Source of the DNA: a virus
Direction: 5' to 3' (one strand)
Length of the DNA: 64,000 nucleotides
Virus record (IMG/VR): IMGVR_UViG_3300002092_001237
Span: 1 to 64,000 of that record
Shown here: positions 23,359 through 30,863 of the stretch, in pieces
Layout of the letters: each line of letters starts with the position of its first letter
How positions within the stretch are numbered: position 1 is the stretch's first letter
The notes under the pieces: generated by a model
The model's input: only the letters and a program-made list of their open reading frames with translations
The model's database searches: none
What the model was told of the DNA's origin: nothing
Made by a program: the position numbers and the translations under genes

Positions 23359-23505
23359 TTAGCGGCCCTGACCGCGATATGGCTTGAAGTTTGCTTTAGT
23401 CTGCTTGTTCATGCTACTGAACTTAATATTACCTATACCCTGGCTAGTACCTTTGTTAATAGCGATTCTTTTTTGTATAACTGTTTGTTTAGGTGCTTTA
23501 GCCAC
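23359..23505 (-). CDS. 48-aa basic phage protein ending KPYRGQGR
   Basis: Below the ORF-track cutoff; GTG start with AGGAGA RBS; MAKAPKQTVIQKRIAINKGTSQGIGNIKFSSMNKQTKANFKPYRGQGR. Confidence 0.8.
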   Translation of the reverse strand: MAKAPKQTVIQKRIAINKGTSQGIGNIKFSSMNKQTKANFKPYRGQGR

Positions 23506-23521
23506 GGTAATCTCCTAATGG

Positions 23522-23698
23522 TTATTTTTTCTTCTTAGTAGGAGCTCTTTTAACTATACTCCCACCAGTTAATAAATTGTTGCCTTTAGCGGCGCTGGTT
23601 TTAACTTTTGTATTCGGATACATGGGGGTACCTATCGACACATTTGCCGAAGTAGTAGCCCCCATTGATGCCATTTCTATTAATTCTTTTATTTTCAT
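23522..23698 (-). CDS. 58-aa probable internal head protein
   Basis: Below the ORF-track cutoff; MKIKELIEMASMGATTSANV...RAPTKKKK; ATG 5 nt after GATAAATA. Confidence 0.75.
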   Translation of the reverse strand: MKIKELIEMASMGATTSANVSIGTPMYPNTKVKTSAAKGNNLLTGGSIVKRAPTKKKK

Positions 23699-23703
23699 AA
23701 AAT

Positions 23704-23711
23704 TATTTATC
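23704..23711 (-). promoter_or_regulatory. Late promoter box GATAAATA in leaderless geometry
   Basis: GATAAATA-ATTTT-ATG(23698). Confidence 0.7.
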
Positions 23712-23713
23712 TA

Positions 23714-24529
23714 TTAACTCTTGCACTGTGCCTTCTTAGCATCGGCAGTCTTCTTTAGATCAACTGGCCATACTGCTGTAGCAGCCTTGGTCTTATCGTG
23801 TCCAGGTGGAACAGCGAAAGTGATACCAGTTAACTGCTCGATCTTAGCAACACTGACTAAGTTCTTTGGCAAGTCAATTTCCTGCTTCTCTAACTGTGCG
23901 AAAGTGAATGCCAATACTTCTTTAGTCGAATTATTGATCACGATCTTGTAGAGGAAGTCTGGAACGACTACACCAGTTCCGATAGTCTTACTCTTACCAA
24001 CAGTATAGATGTTCCCAGCATATACAGTATAGTTTGTATTGTTGCCATAGGCCCAAGCACGTACATTGCTTTCTAGGCTCTTCCATATACCACGATTTAG
24101 ATTTGGAAGCTGCGGGCTCATATTACTCATTAAGAATGATTCATATTCAACCTGAACATCCCAACTCATATCACCGTCTGGAGCAAGATGTCCTTGATCG
24201 TACCCTGTACCAGCATAATCTGCAGGTTTAGCACTTTTGGCACCTAGGATAGAATCTGCTACGAACGCATTGGTACGTTCTACACAGCCGATGGCATTTT
24301 TTGGAGTTAGTGTATAGGCTACCCAGACTGGAATCTTAGCAGCGTCGTCGTGTAGAACAGCATAAGCGGTGTGGCATAACACTGTTGTATTTGGCTTGTT
24401 AGTTGATGGAACACCGAACGGCAACTGTGCAGCACATTCGGAGATTGGTTTGTTGGGCTTCTGATCCCATGCGAAACTCATTCCTACAAAACTTAGGAAT
24501 AGTCCTAGCGATAAAAGTATTTTTTTCAT
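23714..24529 (-). CDS. DNA/RNA non-specific endonuclease (NucA/EndoG family) with a Sec signal peptide
   Basis: 'YDQGHLAP' (DRGH motif), 'SNMSPQ', 'LNRGIW', 'VPDFLYK'; N-terminus MKKILLSLGLFLSFVGMSFA. Confidence 0.9.
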   Translation of the reverse strand: MKKILLSLGLFLSFVGMSFAWDQKPNKPISECAAQLPFGVPSTNKPNTTVLCHTAYAVLHDDAAKIPVWVAYTLTPKNAIGCVERTNAFVADSILGAKSAKPADYAGTGYDQGHLAPDGDMSWDVQVEYESFLMSNMSPQLPNLNRGIWKSLESNVRAWAYGNNTNYTVYAGNIYTVGKSKTIGTGVVVPDFLYKIVINNSTKEVLAFTFAQLEKQEIDLPKNLVSVAKIEQLTGITFAVPPGHDKTKAATAVWPVDLKKTADAKKAQCKS

Positions 24530-24530
24530 G

Positions 24531-24569
24531 TTAATCCCCTTTGGATGATTATATTTATGTGGGGATCAA
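24531..24569 (-). promoter_or_regulatory. Late promoter (ATAAATA, 24552-24558) inside an RBS-sequestering hairpin
   Basis: TTGATCCCC...GGGGATTAA 9-bp stem; the 3' arm contains the SD of the nuclease gene. Confidence 0.65.
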
Positions 24570-24582
24570 TTATCTACTACTA

Positions 24583-25119
24583 TTACTTCTCTTTGGTAAA
24601 ATGTTTCTTGAGTTCGTTTAAGGTATGATTAACGTGACCGTCTTCATGTTTAATACCGATGCCACCGGCTGCTTTCCAGGACTCGATATTTTTACCATAA
24701 TCATCAATTAGGATATTTGGAGTACCGTCTGGTTGTGTAGCATGTGCTGCTTTGTTATGTGTGATAATAACTTCGCTCGGTGCGAACGCATGTAGATGTT
24801 TTTTAACCCACAATCTCTTTTGTGGCTCACTATTCTTATCACCAGTTAGTGGTGTACTGCAGATATTATAATGTCCAGCGTATTTTTTAATACCGCCTAG
24901 CAGTCTACTAGCATCGGACAGTGGAGGTAAGTCTATCCAGAATGTAGGATGAGCACGGATCAAGTCTAGTGCTTTTTCGATATGGCTGATATCTTTATAA
25001 TGATTAACGCCGGACAGTTTGCTCCATTCTCCAAAGAAATCTGCTAGTACACCATCCATATCAACATAGACGATTGGTTTACCGTGTTCGTTTATATCGT
25101 TAACTTCGTATATAAACAT
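24583..25119 (-). CDS. HAD-superfamily 5'(3')-deoxyribonucleotidase (NT5C-like)
   Basis: 'VYVDMDGVLADF','ICSTP','QKRLWV','ILIDD'; start revised to MFIYEV (TGATG overlap, GGAGA RBS). Confidence 0.85.
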   Translation of the reverse strand: MFIYEVNDINEHGKPIVYVDMDGVLADFFGEWSKLSGVNHYKDISHIEKALDLIRAHPTFWIDLPPLSDASRLLGGIKKYAGHYNICSTPLTGDKNSEPQKRLWVKKHLHAFAPSEVIITHNKAAHATQPDGTPNILIDDYGKNIESWKAAGGIGIKHEDGHVNHTLNELKKHFTKEK

Positions 25120-25766
25120 CAACCAATCTCCTGATATTCGATCCATTCGTCGGGGGATACACCGTGTTTTTTAACGAATGCATCGTGAAGGTCTTTACCT
25201 GTTAGTTTCTTTTCTTTGCAGATTTTAGTCATCATAGTGTCAATTTCTTTGTAAGTGTGTTTACGTTTATTAGTTGCTAGTAGTGTGTTTTCTAACTCAG
25301 TCACAGCAGACTTTAACACCTTAGGGTCTATCTTGTCAATCCTGGGCAGTGGTTTATTTTCGGATAGAACACCAATCTCGAAAGCCTCTGGAAAGCGTTT
25401 ATCGAAGTGTCTCATGATGACACCTGCACGTGAGTGTGCTTCGTTTTCGATTTCACTACCTGTATCGCCGCTGTCTGATTTAATACGTCCTTCTAAAGAT
25501 TGTTTATAATGTACTAGTTCGTGTGCTAGTGTACGCATAACATCGATCGGATGGCGATTGTTTATCTCTACCTGTATCTCAGTAGTCTCGTTATTAAAAC
25601 TACCGAAACTGTGAAATGCCTTATGATGCTCACCTTTAGTTAATAATTTAATAGGTGGTAGTTTATCTAAGTCAAGTTCCTTCTTGCAGATCTTTAACAA
25701 TTCTTTTAGATAGTGTACAGTCTTCTTAGGGTCAAATCGCTGACCTGCTACTTCATCCATTCTCAT
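25119..25766 (-). CDS. HExxH zincin-like metallopeptidase plus a C-terminal helical module
   Basis: 'TLAHELVH' with downstream 'EIENEA'. Confidence 0.75.
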   Translation of the reverse strand: MRMDEVAGQRFDPKKTVHYLKELLKICKKELDLDKLPPIKLLTKGEHHKAFHSFGSFNNETTEIQVEINNRHPIDVMRTLAHELVHYKQSLEGRIKSDSGDTGSEIENEAHSRAGVIMRHFDKRFPEAFEIGVLSENKPLPRIDKIDPKVLKSAVTELENTLLATNKRKHTYKEIDTMMTKICKEKKLTGKDLHDAFVKKHGVSPDEWIEYQEIG

Positions 25767-25990
25767 CGTTTACGACCCCTAAAGCCAGAGGGCATCTGTC
25801 CCGTTAATCCTGGACGATCAAACCATAGAGCAAACCATTCATCTGTACCTGGTCTGATATTCTTTTCACGTTCTATCTTTTTCTTTTCAGTACCAGTCAT
25901 TGATATATTACTACCACCGAGCGGACTTTTAATTCCCGGGCTGTTCTGTTGGATGCCTGCTAATCTTCTTAGTTCGTTGAGTTCATCCAT
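25763..25990 (-). CDS. Small conserved-type phage protein
   Basis: 'ELRRLAGI','NIRPGTDEWFALWF'; coupled by overlaps on both sides. Confidence 0.7.
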   Translation of the reverse strand: MDELNELRRLAGIQQNSPGIKSPLGGSNISMTGTEKKKIEREKNIRPGTDEWFALWFDRPGLTGQMPSGFRGRKR

Positions 25991-27948
25991 TACATGCCTC
26001 CAACTAAGTCGCCAGCCTTAGCGGGCTTGTTAGCCTTGGGACCTTTATTGCGCCATTGTCCTGCTTTGCCTAGTTTGTTTTTCTTTGAACCAGTAAAGTT
26101 GCTAGCAGGCATAAATGCTTCCGCTACTGCCGGTTGTGGCGCTGCTGCTGGTGCTGCTGCTGGTGCTGCCGCGGGCTCTTGTATACCCAGTCCTTCGCGT
26201 GTAGCTTGATATAAACTCTTACCGTTAACTTGTATGTTGCTATTAACACCGGTGGCCTTTTGGAAACCTTGTTCATTACCTTCAGTGGCATACTTACGTG
26301 CTAGGCTTCCGCTGATACCTGATACGTTAGTTGTATCACCGTCGCGTTCACCACTGCTGACGAATTTCAATACGACGTGCTCACGACCATTTGCACCACG
26401 AGCATTGTCGGTTGTGCGTACTGGTCCACTGTTCCATCCGTTCAATAGTTTCTCGATACTACCGGCAGCCTTGCCTAATCGATCACTACCACCGATAAAA
26501 GTCATATGACGGAAGCCTTTATCATATAACCAGTTAGCAGCGTAGATAGGACCCTGTACATAATCAGTGACAATGTTCTTAGCAAACTGTGGATAAATCT
26601 TCTTGATAAATTCTGCTTTAGTAGCAGGATCTAGAGGATCATCTGGTGCCTTGTTGCTGTTGCTGAGGAAGATATAACTGTTAGTTCCACCAGTTGCTAC
26701 AGTCTTTTCCATAACCAGTTTGTGGCCAATAGTTGGGGGATTCATACGACCGAAACAGAAAGCAGCCATGGGCATCTTGCTCTTAGCAGCCACTTCTTCA
26801 TCTGGTACTCTGTGTTTAGCGAAGTTAGCCTTACTGAATCCTAATCTATCGATCAGTTTTAGTTTATCTTTACCTGCTCCGAATACATAACCTTCGTGTG
26901 CTGTATTTCCATCTGTTATAGCAACGACTTCGCTGCCCTGTAGTTGTGTATCTATCTGGCGCTTGATGTGTAGTTTAAGTTCAGTGACTGCGGCCCACAT
27001 GCTCCATACACCTAATAGTCCCGGAGCACCACCATCTTGTTGATAAAGCCAGCCGTCTTGTTTAGTACCTAACATCTTAACAGCCATCGAATCTGTTAAT
27101 CTATTCTTTAGGAATTCCATGAAGCGAGGCACGATATTGGTCTGTACATCATCTTCTTCTAACATACTTGTAATGAAAGGACCCATGGCAGTTAATACTG
27201 CTTTACCTTTTATCGCAGTCAAGTCAGTCATAAACTTTTCAACTGCTGACTTGTTCTGCTGTATGATAGTGTTAGTCTGTGCCAGTAGATCTTTATTAAC
27301 AGATACCTTTGGCTTGTTCTTTATCTCACCTACTAAGAACGTGATACCACCGTTCTCTGGTAATCCTTTTAATCCTACTAATGGTTTATCAGCAGAACCT
27401 AGTCCGGAGATGATAGTGTGTACTGCTATACCGCCAACGCTCTTGCTGATCCGGTCACCTAATTCGCCTGCTATCTCTACACGATATTCTACTGTGTTTG
27501 GCTTGAACACGAAGAACCCATCCTTAGTTGGCGGAGTTCCGGTCCACATAAGATCGCCCATGAAGTATTGATCTTTAATACCTGGAACTATCTTTTCTAG
27601 CACAGGGCGTAATACTGCTTCGTGTTCCCAGAGGCTAGTACGATTAGCACCACGTCCTTCGTCGTAGGCTCTGATAGTCGTAAAGTCCATTTTACCATTA
27701 GCGACTTTTTCGTACATATGTTTATCCATAAACACTAGTGCGCCGCTCTTATCGCGTCCAAACACTACAGCAGGAAATCCATCCCATTTAATAGTGACTG
27801 TTTCAGTATTCTTACTCAATCCTGCTAGTTCTTTAGCCACACGTTCAGCACCAGCGGCACCGTCTTTGATGATAAGGTCTTCGGGGTGGTCTATGCCTTC
27901 CAGCACAACTGTTTTCTTAACTGGGGCGATCATTTCAAACAAGTTCAT
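25990..27948 (-). CDS. Fusion of an RNA-ligase-like nucleotidyltransferase (DUF6267-like) and an HxGH cytidylyltransferase-like domain
   Basis: Ligase motifs 'TIKWDG' (I), 'FMGDL' (III-like), 'HEGYV' (IV), 'KLKLIDR' (V); C-domain 'FGRMNPPTIGH' and 'ISGSLAR'. Confidence 0.78.
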   Translation of the reverse strand: MNLFEMIAPVKKTVVLEGIDHPEDLIIKDGAAGAERVAKELAGLSKNTETVTIKWDGFPAVVFGRDKSGALVFMDKHMYEKVANGKMDFTTIRAYDEGRGANRTSLWEHEAVLRPVLEKIVPGIKDQYFMGDLMWTGTPPTKDGFFVFKPNTVEYRVEIAGELGDRISKSVGGIAVHTIISGLGSADKPLVGLKGLPENGGITFLVGEIKNKPKVSVNKDLLAQTNTIIQQNKSAVEKFMTDLTAIKGKAVLTAMGPFITSMLEEDDVQTNIVPRFMEFLKNRLTDSMAVKMLGTKQDGWLYQQDGGAPGLLGVWSMWAAVTELKLHIKRQIDTQLQGSEVVAITDGNTAHEGYVFGAGKDKLKLIDRLGFSKANFAKHRVPDEEVAAKSKMPMAAFCFGRMNPPTIGHKLVMEKTVATGGTNSYIFLSNSNKAPDDPLDPATKAEFIKKIYPQFAKNIVTDYVQGPIYAANWLYDKGFRHMTFIGGSDRLGKAAGSIEKLLNGWNSGPVRTTDNARGANGREHVVLKFVSSGERDGDTTNVSGISGSLARKYATEGNEQGFQKATGVNSNIQVNGKSLYQATREGLGIQEPAAAPAAAPAAAPQPAVAEAFMPASNFTGSKKNKLGKAGQWRNKGPKANKPAKAGDLVGGM

Positions 27949-27952
27949 TGAT

Positions 27953-27960
27953 TATTTACC
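27953..27960 (-). promoter_or_regulatory. Late promoter box GGTAAATA in leaderless geometry
   Basis: GGTAAATA-ATCA-ATG(27948). Confidence 0.55.
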
Positions 27961-28823
27961 TAGTCACTGCTTGAAGGGAACAAGTGTTTTGTCTTGGCCC
28001 ATTTCTGTGGGTCTTTTTGTAGGGCATCTCTAATGCCGCTTATGCTAGATAGATCACGTGCTGTTGCTGAGGGACCTAGCAATATCTTAGCGATCGCTGC
28101 TTTATCGATAGCGACAACCTCACCATTATCTCTATTAACTAATCCCTTATCGGGGCTGTACTGTAGATTACCTTTTTCTTCACCCGTTTTAGCATCGATA
28201 AACGTAGTGCTGCTAGCGATCTTAGCCAGTGTTGGATATATGTCTGTAAACAACTGTCCGCCACGCATCCCAGGATCACGAGTAAAGTCATGTGTATGTA
28301 GTTCCCAAGCACTGCGTGGACGCACGATGAGATCCACTGAATGATGTTTACCACCTGCGGAATACTGTACAGTTAGCGTACCCGGATCTGTTGGAAATCC
28401 ATTGTCTGTCATGTGATTCGCCAGTGCCCACTTGCTAGCACTCATCTGTAGTTTAGCGGTCTTAGCAGGATCGGCTAGAGCATTTGCCATAGCCTTTGGA
28501 CCCATTGGCTTTTCTTGTGCTGCGTTATATTCTTCTACGTCTACTGGAAACTTTTCTAGTAGTTCCTGTGGATCGATCATTATATCGATATCGCCACTGT
28601 CATCGCGTCCACCGCCACCGTAATGATGACTTGGATCGAAACTGCCAGCACCACCAGCAGTCCATCCTGCTGTGATTCCTGCTTTTTTCAATACAGGATC
28701 CATAGCAGCCTTGGCTTTTAGGAAATCTTCTTTATTAACACGTGAGACTTCAACACCCTGTTTAGCAAGGCGTTTACCACTCTCAGTCTTGATCGTACGA
28801 TCGAATAATTCACACAATAGCAT
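27960..28823 (-). CDS. Pol-beta-superfamily nucleotidyltransferase
   Basis: 'GAGSF...SGDIDIM' (GS plus DxD) and a third Asp in 'SVDLI'; start revised to MLLCELF, 5 nt after GATAAATA. Confidence 0.75.
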   Translation of the reverse strand: MLLCELFDRTIKTESGKRLAKQGVEVSRVNKEDFLKAKAAMDPVLKKAGITAGWTAGGAGSFDPSHHYGGGGRDDSGDIDIMIDPQELLEKFPVDVEEYNAAQEKPMGPKAMANALADPAKTAKLQMSASKWALANHMTDNGFPTDPGTLTVQYSAGGKHHSVDLIVRPRSAWELHTHDFTRDPGMRGGQLFTDIYPTLAKIASSTTFIDAKTGEEKGNLQYSPDKGLVNRDNGEVVAIDKAAIAKILLGPSATARDLSSISGIRDALQKDPQKWAKTKHLFPSSSD

Positions 28824-28828
28824 GAGCG

Positions 28829-28836
28829 TATTTATC
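28829..28836 (-). promoter_or_regulatory. Late promoter box GATAAATA in leaderless geometry
   Basis: GATAAATA-CGCTC-ATG(28823). Confidence 0.7.
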
Positions 28837-29047
28837 AATCAAGGTGTACTGTGTAATACTGACCTCTGTAGTTGCCACGATAGGGGATCGTTTCATCTGC
28901 CCTAACTAGGAAGATTTCATGTTGCGTTCCGGTTGGGCGCACTGTAAGACGCATCTTATCTCTGCTAAGGATGTCAGCAGGGACCGATTGCCCAGTTTCT
29001 GGATGTACCAATTGGCACTTTGTTTTCTGTGGTGTAGGTCTTTTCAT
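28835..29047 (-). CDS. Small beta-rich hypothetical protein, probably early-expressed
   Basis: 70 aa, GGAG RBS, consensus sigma70 promoter directly upstream. Confidence 0.7.
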   Translation of the reverse strand: MKRPTPQKTKCQLVHPETGQSVPADILSRDKMRLTVRPTGTQHEIFLVRADETIPYRGNYRGQYYTVHLD

Positions 29048-29070
29048 ATCACTGCTCCAACTTATACTAG

Positions 29071-29099
29071 ATTATAGCATCAAGTTATAGAAGTGTCAA
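29071..29099 (-). promoter_or_regulatory. Consensus sigma70 promoter with extended -10
   Basis: TTGACA(29099-29094)-N17-TATAAT(29076-29071), preceded by TGc. Confidence 0.8.
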
Positions 29100-29541
29100 C
29101 CTCGACAGGCTTAACCTTACCCCATTCTATCCAATTAAACAATCGTTCTAATAGATAATATGCGATAGCATTAGTGATGAATTTTAAACTCGCCAATAAG
29201 ATGGCCATGGCATCAGAATCTGCTACGAAAGTTCTCGCCAATAAGATCAATATTATCCAAGCAGTGATACGATAGATTATGGCTTTGGTTATGCTGCGCC
29301 AATTGGTATCCTTACCTTGATTGTTGCGGTGCCAATTGATAAAAAGCCATAGTCTGTCATAAAGGTAGTAGTGTATCGCACCGCTGATTAATGCGATTAA
29401 TCCAAAACTGATCGCCTGTAACAGGGTCCCACCAATCAACAACGCTAACAATACTGCGTTAACTGTGCTGAATATTCTATAGACTGCTGCTTTAGTTAAT
29501 GTGCGAAGATGCGTTTCTGTGACTGTTACTGTACTAAACAT
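29080..29541 (-). CDS. Membrane protein with two DUF2061-like repeats
   Basis: Two copies of '(E/D)TxxRxxxKAxxYRI...YYLxxRLxxxIxW' with four hydrophobic helices. Confidence 0.7.
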   Translation of the reverse strand: MFSTVTVTETHLRTLTKAAVYRIFSTVNAVLLALLIGGTLLQAISFGLIALISGAIHYYLYDRLWLFINWHRNNQGKDTNWRSITKAIIYRITAWIILILLARTFVADSDAMAILLASLKFITNAIAYYLLERLFNWIEWGKVKPVEVDTSIT

Positions 29542-30863
29542 ATAGTTTCCTCATATTTGCCGTTTCGTGTTGGTATAGCATCGGGAAATTCTGTTACTGT
29601 AACCTGAGGATTAAACAGTAAGAATTTAGGGACCAATGCCTTTATCTGCTCTCGTTGCTCTTCAGTTAGTGGGGTGTCTACTACTAGTCTATACTCCACA
29701 TGATCTATGCTGTGTTGGACCATCTGCCATTGTCTTACAGGTGCTATCTTAGGAATATCATACATCCCTGCCCTCGGCCAGAAACGTGTACCATCTGGTC
29801 GTATGAATAAGTTACGTTCTCTGCCTATTATTTTGTGTAGTGTCGGTAATGTTCTTCCACAGGTACAAGCGGACCCCTGTTCGGCATAATCACCGATATC
29901 GTAACGTATCACAGGACTGGCAAAGTTTTGTAGATCAGTTAGCACCACACGTCCAACTTCACCCGGAGCACATTCATTTCCATTCTCATCTATTATTTCT
30001 ACGATCACTGTTTCTGACATGATGTGGAATTTGTGTTGTTCGGGGCATTGTATAGCGATACAGCCTGTTTCGCTGCTGCTATAATTGTCTTCTACTTCTA
30101 ATCCTGTTAGTGCTTTTAGCCTCTTGCGTAGTTCATCGTGGCAATTATCACCAATGTTCCGTATGTGTTTGAGATCTAAATCGTAGCCTGTTCTTTCCCA
30201 GGATGTCGCAAGTCCCTGTAGCACACCACCGTGTGCCATCAATATATCGGGTTGGAATTCTCTTAATTTCGCTAGATGGAATTCGATAGTTTCACCTACG
30301 TTTGCCGCCATTCCTTTGCCAGTCTTGTAGAACCTACCAATGGGATCTCCCCAATTATCTATGATAGCATATCCATCGAGCGTGGCACGTATAGATGCCA
30401 TCTTGTATTCCCACTTCCTACCGTTCCATTCATGATCTCTGAACACATGTGCTGCCCAGAACAGTTGATTGATATCGGTTCGATTGAATGTAATTGGTTG
30501 TCCTGTGCTACCACTAGTAGACACACTACCGATGGGTTTATGACTTTCTGGTATTTCTTCGCACATAAATTTACTACCAGCCGATTGTATATCGTGTTTC
30601 TTTATGGGATTTAATTTCTTTAGATCGGTTAAAGAGAAGATATCTTGGATTTTTAGATTCTGTGCCGTTAGTCTATTTTGGAAATGCGGAGTCTTGTTGC
30701 TGTGATGTGTTAATAGATACTTTAGTTGTAGTTCCTGACCTTCCTGTAATAGATCCAACGGCAAGCGTTCGGTTTTTCTCATCTCTGCGACTAACGCCAT
30801 TATAGTCGCATGTCTACCGATAAGCACGGGGGGAAATACTAACCCAGATATATTACTGATCAT
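29526..30863 (-). CDS. Phenylacetate-CoA ligase (PaaK/CapK)-like adenylate-forming enzyme
   Basis: 'STSGSTGQP' phosphate loop, 'NYSSSETG', 'VGRVVLTDL', 'IRYDIGD', 'IIGR'. Confidence 0.85.
   Translation of the reverse strand: MISNISGLVFPPVLIGRHATIMALVAEMRKTERLPLDLLQEGQELQLKYLLTHHSNKTPHFQNRLTAQNLKIQDIFSLTDLKKLNPIKKHDIQSAGSKFMCEEIPESHKPIGSVSTSGSTGQPITFNRTDINQLFWAAHVFRDHEWNGRKWEYKMASIRATLDGYAIIDNWGDPIGRFYKTGKGMAANVGETIEFHLAKLREFQPDILMAHGGVLQGLATSWERTGYDLDLKHIRNIGDNCHDELRKRLKALTGLEVEDNYSSSETGCIAIQCPEQHKFHIMSETVIVEIIDENGNECAPGEVGRVVLTDLQNFASPVIRYDIGDYAEQGSACTCGRTLPTLHKIIGRERNLFIRPDGTRFWPRAGMYDIPKIAPVRQWQMVQHSIDHVEYRLVVDTPLTEEQREQIKALVPKFLLFNPQVTVTEFPDAIPTRNGKYEETICLVQ

Noticed and set aside
27960-28823. 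CBASS CD-NTase or toxin-antitoxin MNT
   Set aside because: No adjacent Cap effector, E1/E2/JAB or HEPN partner. The late promoter and leader fit a virion-cargo NTase better, so it is kept only as a generic Pol-beta NTase.
29526-30863. Phenylacetate catabolism auxiliary metabolic gene (paaK)
   Set aside because: No other paa genes are present, and the family is broad and substrate-diverse, so no gene symbol was assigned.
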